Positions 54,399 to 64,000 of a stretch of 64,000 bases of DNA are shown here, in pieces. A program made the translations under genes and the position numbers. The stretch is from an uncultured delta proteobacterium (GTDB taxonomy: Bacteria > Desulfobacterota > Desulfobacteria > Desulfobacterales > JAFDCJ01): assembly GCA_963769935.1 (NCBI GenBank), contig CAVYNY010000010.1, forward strand, positions 672,001 through 736,000, written 5' to 3'. The notes beneath the pieces were generated by a model. It saw nothing but the letters and a program-made list of their open reading frames with translations, searched no databases and was not told where the DNA came from. Within the stretch, counting starts at the first letter, position 1. The number at the start of each line of letters is the position of its first letter.

Positions 54399-57328
54399 TT
54401 AGGGTTCTGAGAATGCAGGATCTGATTCCGCGTCGGGTCGCGGTTTCCAGGCCAGGCTGTAATATTCACCCCGATCCCGCGCCCAGGGATCAAACGCATT
54501 TTTGACATGCATGAGTTCGTCCTTGAGTTCCGGGATATTGCGCATCAGCAGGCGTTTGAGCGGCGAGACCGCCACGGTATGGCCGTTGACCTGCTCCGGT
54601 TCCAGACAGGCCTTGCTGCCGTCGGTCTGGGTGGTAACCGGATAGGGGCATTCGGCCAGCAGGCCATTATTCATTACCCAGTCATAGCCGAGGGTGGAAT
54701 AAAACTCCGGACGGAAACTGGAGGTAAAAAAACGATCGCTGAACAGTCGGCGTGAAGCGTTGATGATAAAGATCTGGAACTGGGTCTCGGAAATGGCAAA
54801 CCCATGCGGGCGTGTATATTCAGCCAGCCAGCCGACGACATTGTCGACGTCCTCGATATTGTCCACCACCGCGCCGTCCGGGTGGCCCAGGCAATCGTTG
54901 ATGAAGGTGCCGTCTTCATTGCGCTGGGCCTTGGAGATGATTTTGCCGGCATCGCAGGTGTGGGTGCCGTAAATCTCCCGCATGCGTCGGATGGTTTCTT
55001 CCTGTTGTTGGCGCCAGGGGTCTTTCGGTCCAGGCGATGATCAATAAAATCATCGAAGCTGGTCAGGTTTCTCAGGCCGATTTGACGGCGAAATTCATTA
55101 AACCGGGGAATGCCGCGTTCACGATCACGAATCAGGTCGAGGGCGACAATATCGAGTTTTTTCGTTTCCGAGTTCAGGTGCGGCATCGGCAGGTTCTGAA
55201 GGAACAACGGCAGGTTCCGCAGATGCAGCAGTCCCAGTCGCTGACGTCCCATGCTCAACGCCCAGTTGTCGAGGCCGCGTTCATGCATCTGGGCGGTGGC
55301 GCCTCCCCTTGCGGTATCGAATACGGGAATTTTCAGACTGATCTTGTTGGGGTCCTGCTTTTGCCGGAACTCGATCAGGTCGGGCACCAGGGCATGCAGA
55401 CGATAAACGGATGTGAATTCCTCCGGAAAATTGAAGGGCGAGCCGAAATGGTTGGTGCCGCCATTGACATCATCTTTGAGGTTAGTCAGATCCCAGCCAT
55501 CATGTTCCCACCAGAGCACCCCCTTGGGCTTTTGTGTTGCCGAGACCGAAAATACCGGCACCGGATGCGAGCACCGAGTAGATGGAGTTGGCTTTACCGG
55601 CATCCGACGAACTCGAAAACCAGCCGGCCACTGTTCCGGAGATCCGGCTGAAGAAATTTTCATCCTTGTGCAGTACGCGCCGCAACAGTTTCGAGACCCG
55701 ATCTTCTTTCTGATTGAAGAGACCGAACCAGTTGGCGTTCATGGCCTGATAGAGCGGCTCGTCATATAACAGCTGGGGGGTCCACTCGATGGTATGGATT
55801 TTGGCGATCTCCGCCGCCACAACCAGGCGGGCGGCCTGATACAGGCGTTCATCCGGAACATCCTTGTAGGCAATGATCTTTTGTGGATTGTCCGGGTCGC
55901 GCAGTCCGGAGTCGGCATCAGGGGTCTGTTTCTGTAATTCTCTGAACTTATCGACAAAATAATTATGCTCGCGGGTGAACAGGTTGTGATAGAAACTCAG
56001 GCCGATGTTCCAGTTGTCCGGGAAAGCGGCGGCTTCCTGACCCTGCCACTGGGGCTGCACGGGGCAGTCGGCAGAATAGCTCTCACAGGCCGGCATCACG
56101 GGCAGGTAGTTGTTTTTGAAGAGAAACTTGGCCGGATCTTGCGGGTCGCGCTGTACGCGCTTGGATGACAGATCATCGTAACCGTAGATCTGGGAGGCAT
56201 CCCACCAGGCGGTGACAAGGTTGTCGGTGGTTTTAGGTGAACGTTTCAGGTACGTCTGGCCGCCATATTCAAAGGTTGGCGGGGCAGTTTCCCGGGCATA
56301 AAGTGATGGTTCGAGGCGGTCGCCTTCACGGCACCCCAGTGATTTGGCTTCTTCGGATGTGCAGCCGACCGGTTGCAGCTCAGGTTTGTTGCGGCCTTCA
56401 TCGGTGTGGGAAAACCAGTCATGCGTCATGAATTGAATCCAGAATGCCGCCAGGACATTAAAGAAAGGCGCTTTTAAGATAATCGCACGATGGCATTCGG
56501 CGAGTAGGCCGCATCCCCCATTCCCAGGTTGCACCCGTTGCCTTCGGTTTGCTCGCGGGTGAATAGCTTTCTGCTGATCAACTGCGGATCCGGTTTGAGC
56601 AACCCGATTCGGTCGCCGTGCCGGTTGCGCGTCAGTTCATTCAATTCCAGCCGCGGAAAGGTTGTATCAAACTGCATATTCCGGCCGAACGGCATACCGG
56701 TAGAACCCATCAGGGGGTTGATCAGATCATTGCAGATGCCGGTCAGGGTTCGATAGGCAATCAATGAACCCTTGCACAACTGCGGACCGTCGCCGCCCAC
56801 CTCCTGATAAAATTTGTTGCCGGGCGGCAGGCGCATTTCATCCCACTGTTTCAGTGTCGGACCTGGCCGGCTGTCTTTGCCCTGGATGTATTCTTCGTAG
56901 GTATTCTGATCGAAGAGATTGAATTTGATCAGTTCCATACGCTGGTATTCCAGGTCAAGCAGTGCGCCATCGATTCCCCGGCCATTCGGGAAAAGATGTT
57001 CGCCGATTGCGGTAACGGCGTCTCGGCCTTCGTGTTTGCTGCCGGCATCGCCCGTCGCATAATAATTCTGCCAGTCTACATACGGTGAGCTGCGATAATC
57101 CACAGCCTTTTCACCACCGCGACAGCGCGCCGTATCCTCCCGGACCTTGCCTAGGAACCGTTGCGAAGGGTCATCGGGAATTTTCAGAAAGCCGCGTTTC
57201 GCAGATGATATACAGGCCTCAATTTCACTTTCACCAGCAGCATGTGCGGGATAGGCGGCCAGAAATGGTGCCAGAAGCGAAACCGCCGCAATAATCCGAA
57301 TGCTGATCGACGGTATGTGCTTTTTCAT
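54399..57328 (-). CDS. Secreted heme peroxidase-cyclooxygenase superfamily protein, alpha-dioxygenase-like (~975 aa), about 3 frameshifts
   Basis: Signal peptide; YRTLTGICNDL; FNVLAAFWIQFMTHDWFSH; WWDASQIYG; AKIHTIEWT; EEFTSVYRLH; RDRERGIPRFNEFRR; GFAISETQF...ASRRLFSDRFFT. Confidence 0.88.
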
Positions 57329-57722
57329 ATTTCTTTCCCCCTTGATGATTTTCAAATGACGAAGCTAAAGAGAAATAGAGAAGAATGCCTTTTCCTTGTA
57401 TCAACAAGCTTTTTGGCGGACGGTGAGAATAATTTTAAATATTATACTTGCGTGAACCTTTTGCAAGGGGGAGCAAGCGTCCGGTATACGACATAGTCGT
57501 ATATCGATATTCAAAACCATCTGAAATTAAAGAAAATTTTTCATAAAAAAATTAATGAAGATTTTCCGGGTGGAAACATTTGTTGGACATTTGAAGAAGA
57601 CTTCGGTAATAAGGGATCAAAAGACGATGGAATGCCGACCGCAGACAAGCAGGGAATCCCGGCCCGCGGGGAGGACCGGGTGCTCCATGATGGCACTAAC
57701 ATTTTAATTCAGGTATACCAAC

Positions 57723-58781
57723 ATGCCGACTGCCGAACTTTCCGATCTGAAATTTGAGCGTCAAACCATCTTCGCAAAATTCATCGATCCCGCCGGGCAG
57801 ACAGCCGAAAGATCCATTGAAATCCGTACCCACCCCATTACCGGCCGCACCTGCCGCATCACCTTCAGCCGCATCCATGAAAAGGAAGCCGGAGCCAATT
57901 CACTGCCCCAGCCGCCGCCCAATGCCGGCGAAACCTCCCGGTGCCCTTTCTGCCGGCCGCGGGTAAACTCAGGAAACCCCTCGACTGCATCCCGACATAG
58001 TGCCTGATGGCCGCCTGGTAAAAGGAGAGTCGATTCTTTTTCCGAATTTATTTCCCTACGGCAGTTATTCGGCCGTCAGTCTGTTCAACGACGATCACTT
58101 CGTGGAGATTGGAACGGCTTCGAGCTCATCTTATGCCGACAGTTTTATGAACTCCGCCGCATATCTGAAAAAAGTACTTCATCACGACCCGCAGGCAATA
58201 TATATGGCCGTCACCCAGAACCATCTGCCTTCGGCCGGCGGATCTTTGCTGCATCCCCATCTGCAAATCAACGCCGATCGGATTGCCGGAAATCACCATC
58301 GCTTTCTGCTGCAAAAGGCCGCTGGCTTCCACCGGCAAAACGGTCAGTATTTGTTTTCCAGTTACCTGGCGCATGAAAAAGCAGAAGGGTCCCGCTATAT
58401 CGGCAGCAACCGGCAAATGGGAGTGGATGGCAGCCTTTGCCCCGGAAGGTTTCTTTGAGATCTGGGGCATTCTGCCCGAAGTTACTTCTTTTCAGAAAGT
58501 GACGGCCGCCGGCTGGCAGGAATCTGGCCCGGGGCGTTATCTGCACCCAGCACTTTTACCGCAGCCTCTGCCGCAACGGCTACAATCTCGGCTTGCTGTC
58601 GGTTGAGACACCCGCCAGCAGACTTGAACTGCGGGTCGTCATCGTGGTGCGTTCAAACTACGCCCCCTGGGTGCGCAGCGATATTACCGGCTATGAAGTC
58701 ATACTGGGCGACATGGCCACCTTCGTCGCGCCGGAGCAAACCGCCGCCTGGGCCCGACCGTTTTTTCCGGAAAAATTTTAA
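57723..58781 (+). CDS. Galactose-1-phosphate uridylyltransferase-like (HIT superfamily) protein, frameshifted
   Basis: IEIRTHPITG, CPFC, FPNLFPY, GGSLLHPHLQ, AFAPEGFFEIW and PEQTA across four fragments. Confidence 0.8.
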
Positions 58782-58788
58782 AAAGCCT

Positions 58789-60078
58789 TCAGTTTCTGTC
58801 CCCAATCGGCGCAGCAAAGGCATCCCGTACCAGGATCTCCACGTTGTCGCCGGTAAGCGACTCCAGAAACACGACAATCTGCGCCGTCTCTTCATTGGTC
58901 AGCCCGAGCGGACGGATGAGGGGATCAAGCAGGGGATTGGGGACCCCGCCCCGGTTGTAGAATTCAACCACCTCCCTCAAAGTACCGAAGGTACCGTTAT
59001 GCATATAAGGCGCTGTGAGCGCAACATTTCTTAACGTCGGGGTTTTATAGCGCCAGCGGTCGGCGGGATCCTGCGTGACCTCATACCGGCCGAGATCACT
59101 GGGGGGGCGCTCACCGACGCTGTTTACCACACTTCGCGGCACCGGCACCTTAAGCCCGGGGGCGATCTGGACCTGAACCTCGGGCGGGTCGCCGCCGACC
59201 GATACCTGCCAGCCCAACCCCGTATTGTGGAAGGCATCGTCGGTAAAAAGAGCGTAATCTTTCCCAATCGTATGGCAGGCGGCGCACCCGGCTTTGCCCT
59301 TGAAGAGTCTGAAACCCTGCCGGGCGGATTCACTGAGGGCCTTTTGGTCCTGCCCGAAATACCAGCGATCGAAGGGGGAATCCCCGGAGACAAGTGTCCG
59401 CTCGTAGGAGGCGATTGCCATCCCGATGGTTTCAATCCCCGGTCCCCGCCCGTCGAAGGCGATCTCAAACAGCCCCCTGTAGTCCGGCAGACTGCGGATC
59501 TTCTCGATCACATCCCCGATGCTCGGGTTGGCCATTTCATTGGATGCGAGTATCGGCTGCCAGATCTGATATTCCAGACGAATCTCCCGGCCGTCGTCAA
59601 AGATATGGGAAAAGTAGGCAACGTTGTAGATGGTAGGTGCGTTCCGCCGCACGGTCCTTCCCTCGATTCCGACCGCAGTGGCCAGCTCGTTGTTGGTGAA
59701 GCCCTGCTCGGGAATGTGGCACATGCCGCAAGACATGGTCCCATTCAAGGAAAGCCGGCGATCAAAAAAGAGCTTGCGCCCCAGCTGCACCTTGGCATAT
59801 GTCACCGGATTATCCGGCGGCACGGGTATGAACGGCAGACCCAGAGGAGGTGATTTCAAAACCGCCATGAGGTCCGCCGCTTCGCCCTTGCGCTGCAGCA
59901 AACTGATGGAGCGGCTTTCATAATCGGGGGTTTCGTACCCGGTGCGGTTGTCTCCGGGCCCTTGCGTTACATCCGCACTCCAAGCATGGCCGATTAAAAT
60001 CGCCGGCACCATCGCCAATAATCCGCAATATGCGAAGAGGCGGACAAACGCGGCATTTGGTTTACGAATTGGCGTCAT
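58789..60078 (-). CDS. mauG: MauG-like di-heme cytochrome c peroxidase family protein
   Basis: Signal peptide; CGMCH and CAACH; RNAPT; KTPTLRNVALTAPYMHNG. Overlaps the mtoX stop by 4 bp. Confidence 0.85.
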   Translation of the reverse strand: MTPIRKPNAAFVRLFAYCGLLAMVPAILIGHAWSADVTQGPGDNRTGYETPDYESRSISLLQRKGEAADLMAVLKSPPLGLPFIPVPPDNPVTYAKVQLGRKLFFDRRLSLNGTMSCGMCHIPEQGFTNNELATAVGIEGRTVRRNAPTIYNVAYFSHIFDDGREIRLEYQIWQPILASNEMANPSIGDVIEKIRSLPDYRGLFEIAFDGRGPGIETIGMAIASYERTLVSGDSPFDRWYFGQDQKALSESARQGFRLFKGKAGCAACHTIGKDYALFTDDAFHNTGLGWQVSVGGDPPEVQVQIAPGLKVPVPRSVVNSVGERPPSDLGRYEVTQDPADRWRYKTPTLRNVALTAPYMHNGTFGTLREVVEFYNRGGVPNPLLDPLIRPLGLTNEETAQIVVFLESLTGDNVEILVRDAFAAPIGDRN

Positions 60079-61397
60079 GGCTTGTACAGGGCGTAGGCCC
60101 CGAACTTCATTTCATGGGGACGACCCAGCTTCTCACGGGTGAAGTCGATGACAAAGCGCTCTTTGAGCTCCTTGCCGTCCCACGTGAAGCTTTTTATAAA
60201 CTGCTCGTTGTCGTTGCCTTTTTTGTCCCATTTGGACAAAAGCGAACTGGTAAAGTAAAGCCGTTTGCCGTCCCAGCTGGAAGAGACCATATTCACCTGA
60301 GATCCGATCTGCTTTTCATACACCTGTGAAGGATGAAACGGATCGGATATGTCGAAAGCCCGAACCTTGCCCTCCAGGAAAGTAGTCGCCCACAACAACC
60401 GGTCATCGGCGGAAATCGTGAAGGCCGGCGGAAGCGGCACCTGAGCCGGGTCCCCTATGTCGGCAACATCCCTGGCCTGCCAGATACCCTGCTTATCGCG
60501 ATATACGAGCCAGATCTTGGAAGTAAGCGCGGCGACCGTAAAGACATAGTCATGCGCCGGGTTGATTGCGCAGCGTATCTCCAGCGGCGCACCGGGTATG
60601 TCGAAAATCTTGAGCGGTTTGCGATCGCTCAGGCGCCAAACGACAAAGGTATTGCCGAAACGCTTCATGGCCTGTTCATCTTTGAGCATCTTGCCAAAAT
60701 CCATCATGTAGTTGGACCATCCGGTAAAAGATGAGGTGAACATAGCGTCCAGCCGCGGCATGCCGCGCACGTCGTAATTGTAGCCGTCCGCGTATTTGCC
60801 GGTCTTCCGCGCGCCTTGCAGGTTGTCATCGGTCGGCATCCAGTAGGTGGCCGCATATTTTCCGTCGGCGGTGTACTCGACCAGGGCCGAGCGGCCGCCG
60901 TGGTCGCGGTTGTTGGAAAGTCCGGTAATGAGCATGTGATCCTTTACGGGCATGATCGTGTGGGGACCGACCACACCCCCGCTCTGGGCCACGAAGTCGG
61001 TTATGGTCCCGACCAGCCGCGGTCGGGCCGGATCGGAATGGATGTCAAAGATAAATATTTTGCTGGTGTCCAGGGAGGCCCCCCACAGATAGCGCCGGTC
61101 AAATGTCAACCCCATATGATGGACCTCGTTTCGTCCGCCCACGGACGCCGCATGCACAACTTTGCCATACTGCGGCGAATCCGGGTTCACAGCGATGGTA
61201 ACCAGCTTGTCCTGTTCATCTCCGATTCCTTCGGTGCCGAGTGTCCAGACGTATACAAAATCCTCTTGCCCGGTTATTTTTACCATATCGGCCGGCAATC
61301 CGGTTTCGTTGGCCCAGGCTGAAAAGGTTGCCGGGTTAAGGGCGGCCGCGAAAATGATGATCGCGGTTCCCAAGAGACCTTTTCTTAAAGCTTTCAC
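60075..61397 (-). CDS. mtoX: Methanethiol oxidase-like protein (SELENBP1/SBP56 family)
   Basis: Signal peptide; ITGQEDFVYVWTLG, DKLVTI, EVHH, GPHT, SSFTGWSNYMMDFGKM, GAPLEIR, SKWDKKG and LGRPH. Adjacent to mauG. Confidence 0.88.
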   Translation of the reverse strand: MKALRKGLLGTAIIIFAAALNPATFSAWANETGLPADMVKITGQEDFVYVWTLGTEGIGDEQDKLVTIAVNPDSPQYGKVVHAASVGGRNEVHHMGLTFDRRYLWGASLDTSKIFIFDIHSDPARPRLVGTITDFVAQSGGVVGPHTIMPVKDHMLITGLSNNRDHGGRSALVEYTADGKYAATYWMPTDDNLQGARKTGKYADGYNYDVRGMPRLDAMFTSSFTGWSNYMMDFGKMLKDEQAMKRFGNTFVVWRLSDRKPLKIFDIPGAPLEIRCAINPAHDYVFTVAALTSKIWLVYRDKQGIWQARDVADIGDPAQVPLPPAFTISADDRLLWATTFLEGKVRAFDISDPFHPSQVYEKQIGSQVNMVSSSWDGKRLYFTSSLLSKWDKKGNDNEQFIKSFTWDGKELKERFVIDFTREKLGRPHEMKFGAYALYKP

Positions 61398-61728
61398 CAG
61401 TTGATTCTCCTTGTATGATATTGAATTTATTTACGTTTTTACTTGGAAACAGCAGACTGCCATTTCAATTTCAAGGGACCCACAATGATGAAAACGCAGC
61501 GGATACAATCGTCGGTGATGTCGGCAGAATGGTCGCGGATCCCTTGATGTTTTTTACTCGAGAGCTTAAAGGATTGCTTTGAATAGGTTCGATAAAGACA
61601 ACCTAATTGGGTACGGCTATGGGTAACCACAAATCGGCGGATTGTCAAGAAGGAGAAAAATTCGAAATAATGCTTATCCACCCTTCAGATTCTTTCTCGG
61701 CCGGCGGTGCTTCTTGCATTTGCTCAAC

Positions 61729-64000
61729 TCAGTATAATAGGTAGCGACTCCGCAATTGCTGCCACTGCTTTTCATCAGCTTTCCAGATTTGCACGACGCG
61801 GGCTGGATCTTCGCCCGCCAATATGTGACTCAGCACCGTTTCAGACCCCAGCAGGCTATCTTCTTCTTCCAGACGGTATTCAGCCGGATACAGGCGGTGC
61901 AGCATTGAGGCAACTTCCAACCCCAGGCGCACAGGTTGGAGTTTCTGCCGATCGGTTAGCAGGATGAAAACGCCCTGGCATCTCTCGCCGGCAAATTTAC
62001 TCGATTGGGGAGTAAATGAAACCGGGTAAAAGCGAACGCCCGCAAGGTTTCTTGCATTAAGCTCCGAAGCCAGTTGGACCCCGACGATCCAGGGCGCACC
62101 GACCTGCTCAAAGGGGGCGTCGGTTCCGCGCCCCACTGATATTCGGGTTCCCTCAATGGCGCCGATTCCTGGATACAAAGTGGCCTGAATCAAGTTGCGT
62201 ATGTTGGGTGACGGATTCACCCAGGGCAAGCCGGTCTCATCAAACCAGTATTGGCGCCGCCAGCCTTTCATTTTTACGACGATTAATTCTGCTCCGATAT
62301 CATTTTCACCGTTAAATAGTTGCGCCAACTCTCCCATAGTCAGGCCGTGCCGGACGGGCATGGGAAAATAGCCCGTAAATCCGATAAATTCTCGATTCAG
62401 AATGGGGCCTTCAATCTGAAGACCGTTGATAGGGTTGGGACGATCCAATACCATGAATCTGATCTTTTGTTTGGCCGCTGCCTCCAGCAGGTAGGCCATC
62501 GTCGTCATGTAAGTATAATAACGCGTACCGATATCCTGCAAATCGACAACGACTGTGTCAATACCGGCCAGCATTTCAGCAGCAGGTCGCAAGCTTCTGC
62601 CGTAAAGCGAATGGATCACCAGACCGGTTTTTTTATCGCGCGATGAGGGCACGCGATCGTCAAGGATTCCCTGCACGCCGTGCTCCGGGCTGAATAGAGC
62701 AAATAGCTGCAGATTAGTCGCCCGATAAAATAAATCGATTGTACTTGCGCCGTCTCGCGCTTGCCCGGTTTGGTTGGTCAGCAGACCGATTCTCCTCCCC
62801 GCCAACCGACCAAAATTCTCTGCTCGCAGCACATCGAGACCGCTGAGAACCTGACCGCGGGGCTGAGCAGTTTCCGACAACAAATTCAGCCGCTGAATAC
62901 TTGCGGCGTTGCGCCCCTCGGTCGGCTCGTCTGGTTTAGCCTGGCCGGCCGCAACACTTGCGGCGATCGTGATGATATTCTCGCGCAGATCGAACACATC
63001 TCCTTCTCCGTCGGGATGAACCCGGTTGGAAAGAAATACCACATATAGTCCGGACTCAGGATCGAGCCAGAGTTTCGTCCCGGTAAACCCGGAGTGGTCG
63101 ATCGGCAGCCGTGAACGCTTTTCGCTGCCGTCAGTATAGGTTGTATCCAGATTCCAGCCGAGAGCGCGAATATAGCCGCCACTCAAAGGTGTTGACGCTG
63201 AAATCATGGTGTTGATTGTTTCAGGTTTTAATATGGGGGTTTGGCCGAATGTGCCGCCTCCCAGCAGCATCCGGCAAAAAATGGCAAGATCATCCGCCGT
63301 GCTGAAGAGCCCGGCGTGCCCCGGCCCGTCGCCCATCCGGCGAGCAGCGGGATCGTGAACCAGTCCGCGAAGGATCGTACCATCCGGGCCTCCGCAGGGT
63401 TGAAAGGTATTCCGGCAGCGCTCGGTCGGCGCAATCCGAGATCGCATGCTTAGCGGCGGATTATACATTGTGTCGCGCATTCCCAGCGGCTTAAAGAGAT
63501 GCGCATGCGCAAACTGATCGAGGGGCATTCCGCTCACACGGCGAACGATTTCACCCAGCAATATAAAATTCAAGTCGCTGTATACGATGCGCTCACCGGG
63601 TGCAGTTACCGGCACATCATCCACGATCTGTTCAATTGCCGCTCGATATCCTTTCCATTGCAGCGCCGGATTGAAACCGGGTCTCAAACCCGACATGTGC
63701 GTCAACAGATGTCGCACCGTAATTTTCGACTTACCGTGACGCTCAAAATTTGGGATATACTTGGCTACCGGGTCTTCAAGCGAAATCCGGCCGGCTTCGA
63801 TAAGCTTCATTATGCTGGGTGTTGCGGCGACAACTTTGGTAAGGGATGCCAGATCGAATACCGTATCGGCTGTCATAGGCTCCAAGGCTGGAACTACGGC
63901 ACGACGGCCGAAAGCCTTGCGATAAAGAACTTGATCTTTTTGACCGATAAGGATCACGGCGCCCGGCAGTTGGTTTTCCCGGATGGCCTCCTCGACTAGA
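61729..64000 (-). CDS. Serine hydrolase (beta-lactamase family) fused to DUF1343/NamZ exo-beta-N-acetylmuramidase; 5' end outside the window
   Basis: FDLASLTK (SxxK), LLTHMSG, YSD, HSGFTG; then GLLTNQTG, LFSPEHG, DLQDIGTRYYTY, DRPNP, RHGLTMGE and PSPN. Confidence 0.92.
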   Translation of the reverse strand, partial: LVEEAIRENQLPGAVILIGQKDQVLYRKAFGRRAVVPALEPMTADTVFDLASLTKVVAATPSIMKLIEAGRISLEDPVAKYIPNFERHGKSKITVRHLLTHMSGLRPGFNPALQWKGYRAAIEQIVDDVPVTAPGERIVYSDLNFILLGEIVRRVSGMPLDQFAHAHLFKPLGMRDTMYNPPLSMRSRIAPTERCRNTFQPCGGPDGTILRGLVHDPAARRMGDGPGHAGLFSTADDLAIFCRMLLGGGTFGQTPILKPETINTMISASTPLSGGYIRALGWNLDTTYTDGSEKRSRLPIDHSGFTGTKLWLDPESGLYVVFLSNRVHPDGEGDVFDLRENIITIAASVAAGQAKPDEPTEGRNAASIQRLNLLSETAQPRGQVLSGLDVLRAENFGRLAGRRIGLLTNQTGQARDGASTIDLFYRATNLQLFALFSPEHGVQGILDDRVPSSRDKKTGLVIHSLYGRSLRPAAEMLAGIDTVVVDLQDIGTRYYTYMTTMAYLLEAAAKQKIRFMVLDRPNPINGLQIEGPILNREFIGFTGYFPMPVRHGLTMGELAQLFNGENDIGAELIVVKMKGWRRQYWFDETGLPWVNPSPNIRNLIQATLYPGIGAIEGTRISVGRGTDAPFEQVGAPWIVGVQLASELNARNLAGVRFYPVSFTPQSSKFAGERCQGVFILLTDRQKLQPVRLGLEVASMLHRLYPAEYRLEEEDSLLGSETVLSHILAGEDPARVVQIWKADEKQWQQLRSRYLLY

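Noticed and set aside
61729..64000. Serine hydrolase-DUF1343 fusion as a novelty
   Set aside because: This domain architecture is already familiar from many bacteria.

Overview
This bacterial window is most consistent with a Desulfobacterota (Desulfobacterales-like) genome. That assignment is inferred from the single-chain PFOR, the family-typical small hypothetical proteins, a GEMM riboswitch and the repeat types. Bases 1-31,600 hold central carbon and envelope genes: mlaFE, pta, ackA, a GH13_18 sugar phosphorylase, a phosphosugar mutase, pyk, an amino-acid-binding protein, a MORN protein, a K+ channel, mlaC, PFOR, class I fumarase, Hsp20, aceK-aceA, pntA1/A2/B, a sirtuin and an MBL hydrolase. 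Their spacers are filled with nested palindromic and inverted tandem repeats. Bases 31,600-48,700 are a more AT-rich accessory region. It carries a c-di-GMP-I riboswitch ahead of a pilin-like gene, a cereblon-like gene between two 97-bp MITE-like copies, an orphan peptidoglycan-binding CHAP hydrolase, a CLC-CBS channel, a fatty acid desaturase and several gene remnants. The best candidate for an undescribed system is a six-gene minus-strand operon at 48,783-57,328. It encodes a secreted alpha-dioxygenase-like heme protein, two catalase-fold proteins that lack the distal His, a DyP peroxidase and two conserved hypothetical proteins, which suggests a fatty-acid hydroperoxide/oxylipin pathway. 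Nearby is an mtoX-mauG methanethiol oxidase pair with no SCO gene. Many genes carry single-base frameshifts that may be assembly errors. I found no rRNA, tRNA, CRISPR array or intact transposase. All family assignments come from motif recognition by eye, not database searches.
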